Source of the DNA: an uncultured bacterium
GTDB lineage: Bacteria > Pseudomonadota > Gammaproteobacteria > Pseudomonadales > JADFDG01
Direction of reading: 5' to 3'
NCBI GenBank assembly: GCA_965232985.1
Contig: CBDDRC010000042.1
Location: 89,299-153,298, forward strand
Length of the DNA stretch: 64,000 nucleotides
Part shown: piece after piece, positions 1 to 9,541 of the stretch
Numbering within the stretch: position 1 is the first letter of the stretch
Layout: every line of letters starts with the position of its first letter
Notes under the pieces: model-generated
What the model was told of the DNA's origin: nothing
Seen by the model: the letters and a program-made list of their open reading frames with translations, nothing else
Databases searched by the model: none
Program-made: the position numbers and the translations under genes

Positions 1-490
1 TGTTTCTCGCGACACCAGGATAGACATCGCGAAACTCCTTTGCGTACTTCGGCCCGTAGTTGGGCGGCACGTCGATACCGAGCAGCAAGACCTGCGCACC
101 GCTGCGCTTCGCCATCCGCACCATCTGCGTCAGGTTCTGCCGCGTGACCTTCACCGGCATGCCGCGCAAACCGTCATTGCCACCGAGCTCAAGAACAACA
201 ATCGCCGGCCGGTGCTGACGCAGCAGAGACGGCAGCCGGGACAGGCCGCCGGCACTGGTGTCGCCACTGACCGACGCATTCACCACCGGGTGTGCATAGC
301 CCTTCTGTACGAGGCGCGCCTCCAGCAACTTCACCCACACCTTGCTCGTTGGCATGCCGTAGCCGGCGCTGATACTGTCACCGACGACCAACACCGTACC
401 GGCCTGCGCTGTCGTTGTGGTGCCCACGATTACGCTCATGAGCAACAACACCGCCAGAGCGGCGCGCAGGAAATGGAGCATACGTTGCAT
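1..490 (-). CDS. tesA: GDSL-family lipase / acyl-CoA thioesterase I (TesA-like); the 3' end runs off the window
   Basis: Absent from the ORF track because the window edge truncates it. Manual reverse translation from the ATG at 490 gives [20 protein letters not shown] (signal peptide), VLVVGDSISAGYGM (GDS block), NASVSGDTSAGGLSRLP and LELGGNDGLRG. These match the E. coli TesA blocks as I recall them. The gene is divergent from ybbA-ybbP, as in E. coli. Confidence 0.9.
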   Translation of the reverse strand, partial: MQRMLHFLRAALAVLLLMSVIVGTTTTAQAGTVLVVGDSISAGYGMPTSKVWVKLLEARLVQKGYAHPVVNASVSGDTSAGGLSRLPSLLRQHRPAIVVLELGGNDGLRGMPVKVTRQNLTQMVRMAKRSGAQVLLLGIDVPPNYGPKYAKEFRDVYPGVARN

Positions 491-1208
491 GGCAGAAACT
501 CCCGAGCTCATCGATCACTCGACGGTAGTGGTCGCCCGCGCCCTTGGCAAGCGCGTGAACGACGGCGCGTTGACGATTCTCGACGACGTGTCATTTAGCG
601 TCGCCGAGGGCGAGACCGTTGCCATCATCGGCAGTTCCGGCTCGGGCAAATCCACGTTGCTGGCGTTGCTGGCCGGCCTCGATACGCCAACCTCCGGCGC
701 CGTCTGGCTCGCCGGTGAGCGCATCGACAACCGCGATGAAGATGCGCGCGCTGCCTGCCGGGCCGGGCGCGTCGGCTTTGTATTCCAGTCGTTTCAGTTG
801 CTGCCAACGATGACGGCGCTGGAAAACGTGATGCTGCCGCTGGAAATCGCCGGCGACAGCGCGGCCGCAGCAAAAGCGCGCGATGCGCTGCTGCGGGTCG
901 GCCTGGGGACACGCCTCACGCACTATCCGCGCCAGCTTTCCGGCGGCGAGCAGCAACGGGTGGCAATCGCGCGTGCATTCGCCATTGGCCCGCGCATCCT
1001 GTTCGCTGACGAGCCAACCGGCAACCTCGACACGCATACCGGCGCGCAGATCGCCGACCTGCTGTTCGCGATGAACCGCGATACCGGCGCGACGCTGATG
1101 CTCGTTACTCACGACCGGAGCCTTGCCAACCGTTGCGCGCGCTGCCTGCAACTGGACGCCGGCCGGCTCGTGGCAGACAGCTTTGGGTCAAAAAGTCATG
1201 CGTACTGA
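489..1208 (+). CDS. ybbA: ABC transporter ATP-binding protein, YbbA/LolD-like
   Basis: Track ORF 417..1208, trimmed to the ATG at 489 (MAETPELID...). It has Walker [10 protein letters not shown], the signature [14 protein letters not shown] and Walker [13 protein letters not shown]. It is collinear with E. coli YbbA. Confidence 0.9.
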   Translation: MAETPELIDHSTVVVARALGKRVNDGALTILDDVSFSVAEGETVAIIGSSGSGKSTLLALLAGLDTPTSGAVWLAGERIDNRDEDARAACRAGRVGFVFQSFQLLPTMTALENVMLPLEIAGDSAAAAKARDALLRVGLGTRLTHYPRQLSGGEQQRVAIARAFAIGPRILFADEPTGNLDTHTGAQIADLLFAMNRDTGATLMLVTHDRSLANRCARCLQLDAGRLVADSFGSKSHAY

Positions 1209-3693
1209 ATTCGCGCTCGCCTGGCGTCTGCTGGCACGCCAGTGGCGGTCCGGCGAGTTGCATCTGATGATCACTGCCGCCGTGCTCGCCATCGCTGTCG
1301 CCACGATGCTGGCCGCCTTCGGCGACCGCCTGGAACGCGCACTGGTGCATCGTGCCGCCGACATGCTCGGCGCCGATCTCGTCCTCACCGGCAGCCGGCC
1401 GCCAACCAGCGCCGTGCTCGCCGTGGCGCGTGCGCACGGCCTCGCCAGCGCGCAGGCGGTGGATTTCAACACCATGCTCACGACCGTCAACACGACCGTC
1501 AACACAACCATCAACACAATCGCTCCGATACCGGACGACAAGGTAGCGGAGAAGGTACTGCTGGTGGCCGTGCGTGCCGCTGATGCGCATTACCCGCTGC
1601 GCGGCGAATTACGTATCGGCATCCCGCCAGACGAGGTGCGGGCGCGCACAGGCCCACTGCCCGGCACGGTGTGGATTGAACCGCGTGTACGCGACGAGCT
1701 CGGCGTGGCGATCGGTGAGCGCGTCGGCGTCGGCTACACCACACTTCAGGTGGTGGCACTGATCGCGCACGAACCTGATCGCGCCGGCGATTTTGCCGCC
1801 CTGAGCCCCCGGGTACTGATGAACAGCGCTGACCTCGCCGCTGCGCGCGTCATCCAGCCGGGCAGCCGCGTGCGTTATCGCACGCTGTTCGCCGGCGGTG
1901 ATGCCGCCGTGGCTGCCACGCGGGTGCAACTCGAAACCCTGCGCGCGGCGAACGAAGAACTGGTCGACGTGCGCACCGGCAGCCGCCGTACCGCTTCGGC
2001 ATTGTCCCGCACCATGCAGTTCCTCTCGCTGGCCGGCATTTTCGGAGTCATTCTCTGCGGCGCCGCGATCGGCATCGCCGCTGATCGTCAAGCGCGTCGC
2101 CTTTACGACACGGTCGCGCTGCTGCGCACGTTCGGCCTGGCCAGCACTGCGGTGTGGCGCGTGCTGGCACTGGAAGTACTGTTGCTCACTCTGGTGGCGA
2201 GCATTGCCGGCACCGCGCTGGGCTACGCTGCGCAAGCGCTGCTCGCGCAACTGCTGGCCGGTTTGCTGCCGGACAACCTGCCGGCACCCGGCTTCGCGCC
2301 ACTGGCGACGGGCATCGCCACCGCCTGCGTCGCCCTGCCGGCATTCACCCTGCCATCGCTGGCGCGTCTGGCGGCCGTGTCGCCGTTGCGCGTGCTGCGC
2401 CGGGATTTCGATCCACCGTCCGGACGTACGCTGCTGCATTACGCGCTCGCCCTCTCCCTGCTCGCTGTGCTGCTGCTGGCGACTGCGACTGACCGGCCGC
2501 TCGCCGCGACTATGCTCGGCAGTCTGCTGGCACTCATCATCGTTGCCATACCGCTCGCGGCAGGCCTGTTGCGCCTGCTGCACCGCCTGCGCCCATGGCT
2601 TGCACTGCCACTGCGGCTCGCTGCCGACCGTCTGGCACACGCGCCGTGGCGCTTCGGCGCGCAACTGATCGCGTTCGCACTCATCCTCGGCACCATGACG
2701 ATCACCAGTCTGCTGCGCGACGACCTGTTCGCCAGCTGGCAACGCCAACTGCCCACCGATGCACCCAACCTGTTCGCGATCAATCTGCTGCCGCACGAAC
2801 GCGATGCCTTTGTCGCCGCATTGACGGCGCGCGGCATCGCCACACCGCCGCTTTATCCGGTCACTCCGGGGCGCCTGGTACGCGCTGGCGACGAAGCAAT
2901 CGCCTTGCGGGCGCCGGCAGGCTCCGACACCGCGCGTGCGCTCGATCGCGACATCATTCTTACCCAGAGCACGGGCAACGCTCCGGCCGGCAGCGTTTCG
3001 GTGGAAGAAAAACTCGCGCAAAAGTTGGCGCTGAAAATCGGCGAAACGCTCACCTTCGTCGTCGAGGGCCGGGAAATTACCGTCAGGGTCGCCGGCTTCC
3101 GCCCGGTCGACTGGGACAGTTTCCAGCCGAACTTCTACATGGTGTTTTCACCCGGGACGCTGGCCGCTGCGCCCTACACCTGGCTCACCAGCTTCCATGC
3201 CGCCGACCCGGCAGCAACCACCCGCGCGTTGCGGGCGCAATTCCCGGCGCTGACGCTGATTGAAGTCGGGCCGCTGCTGGCGCGCATGAACGCATTTGTC
3301 GGCAACCTCGCCGGCGGTATCGAATTTGTTCTGGCATTGCTGCTGCTGGCGGCACTGCTGTTGCTCGTCGCCTGCGTGATCACCAGCCTCGACGAACGTC
3401 TCGTCGAAGCGGCCGTATTGCGCGTGCTCGGTGCGCGTCGCCAACTGGTGCGCAATACGCTGCTGGCGGAATTTGCGCTGCTCGGTTTCGTCGCCGGATT
3501 GCTGGCAATGGTCATCACCGAAATCGCCCGCTGGCAACTGTACACGCGCATCATGGAACTCGACTGGACGCCACTGCCGCTGCTCTGGTTACTGGTGCCG
3601 CTCGCGAGCGCCGCGTTGCTGGCAATCACCGGCATGCTGGCGGCCCGCCGCAGCATGGCGGTTGATGCTGCCACCATCCTCAATGCAGGCTGA
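1198..3693 (+). CDS. ybbP: ABC transporter permease with duplicated FtsX domains, YbbP-like
   Basis: Track ORF 1123..3693, trimmed to the ATG at 1198 ([16 protein letters not shown]). It overlaps the ybbA stop by 11 nt. It is a large polytopic protein with two FtsX-type helix bundles, partnered with ybbA. Confidence 0.85.
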   Translation: MRTEFALAWRLLARQWRSGELHLMITAAVLAIAVATMLAAFGDRLERALVHRAADMLGADLVLTGSRPPTSAVLAVARAHGLASAQAVDFNTMLTTVNTTVNTTINTIAPIPDDKVAEKVLLVAVRAADAHYPLRGELRIGIPPDEVRARTGPLPGTVWIEPRVRDELGVAIGERVGVGYTTLQVVALIAHEPDRAGDFAALSPRVLMNSADLAAARVIQPGSRVRYRTLFAGGDAAVAATRVQLETLRAANEELVDVRTGSRRTASALSRTMQFLSLAGIFGVILCGAAIGIAADRQARRLYDTVALLRTFGLASTAVWRVLALEVLLLTLVASIAGTALGYAAQALLAQLLAGLLPDNLPAPGFAPLATGIATACVALPAFTLPSLARLAAVSPLRVLRRDFDPPSGRTLLHYALALSLLAVLLLATATDRPLAATMLGSLLALIIVAIPLAAGLLRLLHRLRPWLALPLRLAADRLAHAPWRFGAQLIAFALILGTMTITSLLRDDLFASWQRQLPTDAPNLFAINLLPHERDAFVAALTARGIATPPLYPVTPGRLVRAGDEAIALRAPAGSDTARALDRDIILTQSTGNAPAGSVSVEEKLAQKLALKIGETLTFVVEGREITVRVAGFRPVDWDSFQPNFYMVFSPGTLAAAPYTWLTSFHAADPAATTRALRAQFPALTLIEVGPLLARMNAFVGNLAGGIEFVLALLLLAALLLLVACVITSLDERLVEAAVLRVLGARRQLVRNTLLAEFALLGFVAGLLAMVITEIARWQLYTRIMELDWTPLPLLWLLVPLASAALLAITGMLAARRSMAVDAATILNAG
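1481..1520 (+). repeat. 12-bp tandem repeat, about 3.3 copies, in frame inside ybbP
   Basis: The units are cgaccgtcaaca, cgaccgtcaaca, caaccatcaaca and a partial caatc. They encode TTVN TTVN TTIN TI in a predicted periplasmic loop. Confidence 0.9.
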
Positions 3694-3774
3694 CATGCAC
3701 CGATACGCCGCCGGCCTGTCCGGCGGCGTATCGCCGTGACGACTGTTACGATAGCCGTCCGCCTTCGTCCGGGA

Positions 3775-5841
3775 ATGATTGCCATGCTCCGCCGCCTGCG
3801 CCGCTGGCTGCTGATCCTCGTCATCGCCGTGCCAGCCCTCTTCCTTGCTGCTGGCGCCGTCGCCACCTGGCCGCTCTGGCGCCTGCCGACGACCACCGTC
3901 GCCATCAAACGCATCGCCGCACTGCCGGCGCAGGATCGGCCCGGTCTTGAAGCCGGCGTTGCCATCCGCGACATCACGCCGGCCATCGGCCTGCCGAAAT
4001 TCGGTTACTCCCTGCTCGCGCACGACGCCGACGGATTCCGGACCCGGCTGCATGCGCGTGCGTTCTGCATCAAGCCGGCCCGTGGCCTGCCCATCGCCAT
4101 TCTCCAGGCCGATCTCGGCGCCGGCTCGCTGTTGCTGCATCATCGCGTCGCCGAACTGGTTGCTCCGCTCACCGACCTGCCCGCTGCCAATCTTGCCATC
4201 GTCGCCACCGGCACCCAGAACGGCCCCGGCCAGTATCTCGACAGTGATTTCTACAACAGTTTTGGCGCCAACCGCCCGGGCTTCGATCCCAAACTGTTCG
4301 ACTTCCTTGCCACCCGCATGGCCAGCGCCATTACCGAGGCCTGCACGCATCGCCGTGCGGCACGCATCGGTATCGGCCAGACCAGCGCCTGGGGTCTCAC
4401 CCGCAACCGCTCGCTGGCGGCCTGGACGAAAAACTACCAAGTGCTTGATAAAACCATTACCGAGGATCGCACGCTCGAAGCGATCAACCCGGTGATGACG
4501 ATGGTGCGCATCGATTTGCGCAGCGATGACGGTCGTTACCTGCCGGCCGGCGCACTCACCACGTTCTCGATTCACGGTAACGCCATTCCGGCGTTGCGCG
4601 GGCCTTATCACGCCGATGTCTGGGCCGCGTTTGCGCAGGAAATCGAGTGGGCGATCCGCGCCAAATTCAACCCGCCGTGGCCCGTGGCGCACGCAACCTT
4701 CAGCGCCACGCCGGGCGACAGCAACCCGCACTGGCGCCAAAACTGGCGCGGGGATGATGAGGCAACCCGGATCGGCAAAGCGCTCGCGGGGGTCGGCTCG
4801 CGTCTTTTCAACGCGCTTGAGGGGCATCTCGGTGAGCAGGTGAGCATCGCCGCCGGCATGCGCGAAATCGATCTGCTGGCCGTGCCGGCGGCGGCACGTT
4901 TCCCGCTGTGCGAGCGCGCCATCATCGGTGCCGCCGCCGCAGGTGCCGCCAACGGCGATGAGATATTCCCGCTCACTTCATTGCCGTATTTTCAGGAAGG
5001 TTGGCCGCGCACCCGGTTCAATGGCGGCTGCCACGCCGAGAAACAGTGGTTGCTCTCGCAGGCGCAACCGTTGTTCATGGCACCCGGGCGCTTTCCGCAC
5101 CTCGCTGCCATTCAGGTATTGCGCATCAACGAGCTGGCGCTGGTCACGCTACCCTGGGAAATCAGCGCCGAAGCGGGCAAACGCATCCGCCAGCGCGTCG
5201 CTGCAACATTGCAGGAACGGGGGCTGACAGCACGCGTCGTTGTTGCCGGCAATGCCAATGGTTATTTTGGTTATGCCACCACGCCGGAAGAATACAGCGC
5301 GCAATATTACGAGGGCGGCCAGACGCTCTACGGCCCCGGAACCACCGAGTTCCTCGCCCGCCAGAGCGCGCAACTGGCCGGCGAAGTCCTGCAGCATGGC
5401 AGCGTCAGCGAGCTGCCGGAAAACTGGTCCTTCCCGCTCGTCACGCGCAGCTACTGGCCGCCGGCCAACCCACCGCTGGGCAAGCGCGAACTCGTCGCCG
5501 GCCCGGTCTTTGTGCCCGGCGACGGCACGCAGGAGTCTTACTGGTCGGTCACTTACCGCGATGCGGATCCGGGCACAATCACGCTCGACGAGCCGCTGAT
5601 CAGTATCGAGGCGTTGCGTGAACCATCCTCCTGGGTGTTGCTGCTCAACAACGGGCGGCCGATGAACGACGCCTGGCAGCACGACCTGCAGATCCGCTGG
5701 CTGCAAAATGAAGACGGCGGCATGGCACGCTATGAACTGCGCTGGTTGAATCCGCCGTCATCGCCAAACTTTCGTTTCCGCTTCGCGATCAAACCACGGG
5801 CTGGTTTGCCGGCGTGGCAATCACCGCCATTTCCCCGCTAA
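3775..5841 (+). CDS. Neutral/alkaline ceramidase-family protein with an N-terminal membrane anchor and a divergent active site
   Basis: Track ORF 3736..5841. The start is uncertain (GTG 3736, ATG 3775 or ATG 3784). It is collinear with the Pseudomonas CerN blocks as I recall them: ITP..G.P.FGYS...G...RLHARAF; a TFSIHGN His; GCHAEK; and GNANGYFGYATTPEEYSAQYYEGGQTLYGP. The ATHTHSGPG block reads ATGTQNGPG here. Confidence 0.7.
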   Translation: MIAMLRRLRRWLLILVIAVPALFLAAGAVATWPLWRLPTTTVAIKRIAALPAQDRPGLEAGVAIRDITPAIGLPKFGYSLLAHDADGFRTRLHARAFCIKPARGLPIAILQADLGAGSLLLHHRVAELVAPLTDLPAANLAIVATGTQNGPGQYLDSDFYNSFGANRPGFDPKLFDFLATRMASAITEACTHRRAARIGIGQTSAWGLTRNRSLAAWTKNYQVLDKTITEDRTLEAINPVMTMVRIDLRSDDGRYLPAGALTTFSIHGNAIPALRGPYHADVWAAFAQEIEWAIRAKFNPPWPVAHATFSATPGDSNPHWRQNWRGDDEATRIGKALAGVGSRLFNALEGHLGEQVSIAAGMREIDLLAVPAAARFPLCERAIIGAAAAGAANGDEIFPLTSLPYFQEGWPRTRFNGGCHAEKQWLLSQAQPLFMAPGRFPHLAAIQVLRINELALVTLPWEISAEAGKRIRQRVAATLQERGLTARVVVAGNANGYFGYATTPEEYSAQYYEGGQTLYGPGTTEFLARQSAQLAGEVLQHGSVSELPENWSFPLVTRSYWPPANPPLGKRELVAGPVFVPGDGTQESYWSVTYRDADPGTITLDEPLISIEALREPSSWVLLLNNGRPMNDAWQHDLQIRWLQNEDGGMARYELRWLNPPSSPNFRFRFAIKPRAGLPAWQSPPFPR

Positions 5842-5877
5842 CCTTTTTCCACGAGCCACACCTTGACGAGACATGCC

Positions 5878-6570
5878 ATGAAAACTGTTGCAATGCACAA
5901 CCAGCATCCTTGCCGCGCGCTCTATCACAGCCTGCAGCAGGCCCTGCACCACATGCTGCTGCCCATGCTCTTGCTGGCCGTACTTGCGCTCACCGCCTGC
6001 GCCTCAACCACCGATCTGCTGCGCAGCAGCGAGGAGGCCAAACCGGCAAAACCGGCAGCGACCATACTGATCGCCGGCATCAGTACCGACGACGCGCTAC
6101 GCCGGCAGTACGAAACCATATTCATCGAGGAACTCACCCGCGCAGGCCTGCGCGGGGTTGCCAGTTCCGACATCATTCCTTCGCTTGCCGGCCTGACGAT
6201 GCCGCAAATCCGCGAACGTATGCTGGCTGCTACCGATCGCGCCGACGCGGTACTGCATGTGCAACTGATGAACCTCGTCATCACCCCGACCCTGTCGCCG
6301 CACGACGTGCCGGCAGAAGGCGCTGGCGCCCAACGCAACGTGGGTGGCGTGGCGGTGACGCTCAACGCAGCGCCGGAACCCACCGTACGCGGCACGCAAT
6401 ACGCCATCGACCTTGAGGCCAATCTATATGCATTGCCGGCCCGCCAGCTGCTATGGACCGTCCTGACCCGCACCCACGAAGCCAACTCGACCACGGCGAT
6501 CGCGCGCTCGCACGCCCGGGCGCTGATCAAGGCAATGCGCGCGCGGGGCTATGTCGCCGCCGGCCAGTGA
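5878..6570 (+). CDS. Putative lipoprotein of unknown function
   Basis: Track ORF 5863..6570. The lipobox is LLLAVLALTAC followed by ASTTD. The start is ambiguous (TTG 5863, ATG 5878 or ATG 5953). I recognise no family. Confidence 0.6.
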   Translation: MKTVAMHNQHPCRALYHSLQQALHHMLLPMLLLAVLALTACASTTDLLRSSEEAKPAKPAATILIAGISTDDALRRQYETIFIEELTRAGLRGVASSDIIPSLAGLTMPQIRERMLAATDRADAVLHVQLMNLVITPTLSPHDVPAEGAGAQRNVGGVAVTLNAAPEPTVRGTQYAIDLEANLYALPARQLLWTVLTRTHEANSTTAIARSHARALIKAMRARGYVAAGQ

Positions 6571-6594
6571 TAACCAGGAATCCCTAAATAACTC

Positions 6595-7215
6595 ATGCCG
6601 GCCAGCACCCGTTTTGCGCGCGCCACACTGACACTGCTGGGGCTGCTTTGCCTTGCCCTGTGGCTACCGATCGCCACCATCACCTATACACCAGGCTGGC
6701 ATCATGCCAGTTGTGACTGGCATAACCGCTGCAATAACTACGGCGCCGAACGCGCAGCGCAACGCATCGACGAATTACGCGCGTTCATGCAACACCGCAA
6801 CGCATTGCCGGAACTGTACTGGAGCGCGAAAGAAATCGCGCATCTGACGGAAGTTCGCACCCTGCTCGATCGCAGCGCCTTGCTGGCGCTGCTTGGCGCG
6901 TTGATATTTTTCCATGCCGGTGCGCCGCAACGCGCGCAGGCCGCGCGAATCGCCATGCTCAGCGTGGCGGCCTGCATCATCGTATTGCCGTTTTTCGGTA
7001 CGTTCTGGCGCGAGATATTTCACCCGCTACTGTTCGATAACCGCCTGTGGCAGAACAAACCCGCGGACACCTCCTACTGGGTGATGCCGCGGGTTTATTT
7101 TCAATACACGACGGCGCTGGTGATCGGCGTTGCCACGCTGATCTGCGCACTGCTGCGCTATCAGGCACTCAAGCCCGACCACGAATCCGATCAGCGATCT
7201 TCTCGGCAATCATGA
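6595..7215 (+). CDS. Integral membrane protein, DUF1461/TIGR01906-like
   Basis: 206 aa with an N-terminal TM helix, then YTPGWHH..C and the E..H..EV..L motif typical of this family, followed by 3 C-terminal TM helices. The assignment is from memory. Confidence 0.5.
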   Translation: MPASTRFARATLTLLGLLCLALWLPIATITYTPGWHHASCDWHNRCNNYGAERAAQRIDELRAFMQHRNALPELYWSAKEIAHLTEVRTLLDRSALLALLGALIFFHAGAPQRAQAARIAMLSVAACIIVLPFFGTFWREIFHPLLFDNRLWQNKPADTSYWVMPRVYFQYTTALVIGVATLICALLRYQALKPDHESDQRSSRQS

Positions 7216-8755
7216 TGGTGGGCGCGTTGGTGTTGCCACCAACCAGGGTCGGCATTACCGACGCATCGACCACCCGCAAGCCGGCAACACCTTTCACCCG
7301 ACACTCGGCATCAACCACCGCATCGCTGTCGTTGCCCATGCGGCAGGTACCAACCGGGTGGTAGATGGTTTCGGCCTTCTGCCGCACGCACTGCACCAGT
7401 TGCTCATCGGTCTGCACCGCTTCGCCCGGCACCTCTTCCTTGCCGCGATACGGATCGAATGCCGGTTGCGCAAAGATTTTCCGCGCGATCTTCACTGCTT
7501 TTACCAGCACTTCGACATCATAGGGATCCGCCAGATAATTCGGCTGGATCAGCGGCGCGGCCAACGGATCGGCCGAGGCAAGACCGATAAAACCCTTGCT
7601 GCGCGGCCGCAACTGGCAGGCGTGCAGCATGTACCCGTGGCCGGGGCCGGTTTCGCGCGCATGATCAAGCATGAATGCAGGAATGAAGTGCAGTTGCACA
7701 TCGGGTATCGCCAGTGACGGATCGGTTTTTACAAAAGCGCCGGCTTCCAGCCCGTTCGAGGCTCCGATGCCGGTTCTGGTGCGAAAATACTGGATCAGCG
7801 TCAGAATCATGTTGTGCAGCTTGGTCTGCTCGTACAACGAAACCGGTTGCGTGCAATGCTGCTGCACCATCACGTCGAGATGATCCTGCAAATTCTGGCC
7901 CACCGCCGGCTTGTGCAGTTTTACGGGAATGCCGAACTTCTTCAGCAAGGCGCCGTCACCGATACCGGAGAGCATCAGCAACTGCGGCGATTGCACCGCA
8001 CCGGCGCACAGCAACACCTCCCGCTTCGCACTCACCGTTTGGGTGCCGGAACCATGTTTGTACGTCACGCCGATCGCACGGCCGCCGTCGATATTGACTG
8101 CCTTCACGTGCGCACGGGTGATGACCGTCAGATTCGGCCGTTTTTTCGCCGGATTGAGGAAGGTTACCGCCGTGCTCTGCCGTTCACCGTTCTTGATGGT
8201 GAGCTGATAGGAACCGTAGCCCTCCTGCTGCGCGCCGTTGAAATCCTGCGTCGGCGGCAAGCCCGCCTGTTTTGCCGCTTCCTTGAACAGGCCGAACAAC
8301 ATGTGCCCGGACGCATCCTGGGTGATGCCCAACGGGCCACCGGTGCCGTGGTACTCGTTCGCGCCGCCGAAAAAATCCTCGCTTTTGCGGAAATACGGCA
8401 GCACATCGTCATACGACCAGCCGGCAAGGCCGAGATCCTTGCCCCAGTGATCGTAATCGGCGCGATGGCCGCGAATGTAGATCATGCCGTTCATCGAACT
8501 CGATCCGCCGAGCGTCTTGCCGCGCGGCCAGTACAGACGACGGTTGTTGAGATGTTTTTCCGGCGCGGTATTGAAATACCAGTTGAACATCTTGCCCTTG
8601 AGCAACAGGCCCACACCCGCCGGCATGTGGATGAACGGATTCCAGTCAGACATCCCGGCCTCAAGCAACAGCACGGTAGTGTTCGGATCCTCGGACAAGC
8701 GACTGGCAAGCACACAACCGGCCGAGCCGGCACCAACAATGACGTAGTCGTACAT
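7169..8755 (-). CDS. GMC-family FAD oxidoreductase (choline dehydrogenase-like)
   Basis: MYDYVIVGAGSAGCVLASRLSE (FAD-binding GxGxxG), GGSSSMNGMIY and a C-terminal HP.GTCRMG...VVD...RV.G..GLRVVDASVMP. No betB or betI lies adjacent, so I give no gene name. Confidence 0.9.
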   Translation of the reverse strand: MYDYVIVGAGSAGCVLASRLSEDPNTTVLLLEAGMSDWNPFIHMPAGVGLLLKGKMFNWYFNTAPEKHLNNRRLYWPRGKTLGGSSSMNGMIYIRGHRADYDHWGKDLGLAGWSYDDVLPYFRKSEDFFGGANEYHGTGGPLGITQDASGHMLFGLFKEAAKQAGLPPTQDFNGAQQEGYGSYQLTIKNGERQSTAVTFLNPAKKRPNLTVITRAHVKAVNIDGGRAIGVTYKHGSGTQTVSAKREVLLCAGAVQSPQLLMLSGIGDGALLKKFGIPVKLHKPAVGQNLQDHLDVMVQQHCTQPVSLYEQTKLHNMILTLIQYFRTRTGIGASNGLEAGAFVKTDPSLAIPDVQLHFIPAFMLDHARETGPGHGYMLHACQLRPRSKGFIGLASADPLAAPLIQPNYLADPYDVEVLVKAVKIARKIFAQPAFDPYRGKEEVPGEAVQTDEQLVQCVRQKAETIYHPVGTCRMGNDSDAVVDAECRVKGVAGLRVVDASVMPTLVGGNTNAPTIMIAEKIADRIRGRA

Positions 8756-9015
8756 GGAGGCTTCCTTTCGATAATAAAACTGCGGGTGCTGCGGCGGCCG
8801 GGGCCGCAGTGCTCATCCTGTTGTTCTGCCTGCCGTTCGGAGGCAGCCGTCCGGACTATAGGACCGCCCGGTCACGCTGCCAACCGGGCCGGAGCAGGCG
8901 GCCAATCAGGCAGCTCGCGACGGGCAAGGCTGGCGGTGGCCAAAAACCGCCCCGCACGCTTACCATCGCCCCGTCACGTGGCTCCGGCCAGATAACCCCC
9001 GCAACGGACTTACCC

Positions 9016-9522
9016 ATGCTTTCTGGCCGAACCATCCTCCTGCTTGGCATTGCCGCCGCTGGCTACTGGCTCTGGTCGAGCGGCGAATGGCGCCCGCTGG
9101 CGGCCCGGGTTCCGGCGCTTGCAAGCGCTGCGAACATCGCGACGCCACCTGCAGTGGCCGAACCTGCTACCGGCAACAACGCGCCTGTCCCTGTCCGCGC
9201 ACCGTTGCAGGTGCGCACCTGGACCGACGCGCAGGGTGTGGTCCATTTCGAGCAGGCCGGCGCAACACCGCTTGCGGCCAGACAGCATGAAGTCGGCTCT
9301 GCCGGCACCATGGCCGACTACGAGCGCGCGCTCGCGCAGCAAAAAGGCATCACAATGCAGGACCTTGCCCGCGCCCGGGCGGCACGGGTACAGGCCGCAG
9401 AAGCGCAAACGGCAGTGGCCATCACGGATGATGGCGCTGACACAGCCACCCGGCAGGCGTACGAACTGCTGCAGCATTATGAGCAAAACCTCGAGCGGAT
9501 CCGCGCGACAAACAACGAATAA
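9016..9522 (+). CDS. DUF4124-like secreted or membrane-anchored protein
   Basis: Track ORF 8809..9522, trimmed to the ATG at 9016 (MLSGRTILLLGIAAAGYWLW). It carries the motif VRTWTDAQGVVHFEQ, typical of DUF4124. Confidence 0.6.
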   Translation: MLSGRTILLLGIAAAGYWLWSSGEWRPLAARVPALASAANIATPPAVAEPATGNNAPVPVRAPLQVRTWTDAQGVVHFEQAGATPLAARQHEVGSAGTMADYERALAQQKGITMQDLARARAARVQAAEAQTAVAITDDGADTATRQAYELLQHYEQNLERIRATNNE

Positions 9523-9541
9523 TCAGCAGGAGCCCGCGCCG

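Noticed and set aside
488-491. The tesA and ybbA start codons overlap head-to-head in the palindrome CATG.
   Set aside because: The arrangement is real in the sequence. However, divergent, nearly abutting tesA/ybbA is the conserved enterobacterial arrangement, and alternative downstream starts exist for tesA. It is not novel.
1609-3021. A 470-aa ORF antisense to ybbP. Similar long antisense or alternate-frame ORFs include 3589..4827, 22073..23839, 28181..29011, 32183..33676, 37328..38563, 39360..40385, 52013..52846 and 56377..57243.
   Set aside because: These have an Arg/Gly/Ala/Pro/Gln-rich, low-complexity composition with no recognisable motifs. Each fully overlaps a gene with strong family signatures on the other strand. 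This is the typical high-GC artefact.
8756-9015. A GC-rich 260-bp divergent spacer with several hairpins (for example ctgcggc-ggccggg-gccgcag). I considered it as a riboswitch or sRNA.
   Set aside because: I could not match it to any riboswitch consensus I know (no B12 box, and no TPP, SAM, glycine or FMN cores). Hairpins are expected by chance at this GC content. It would need an Rfam/Infernal scan to settle.
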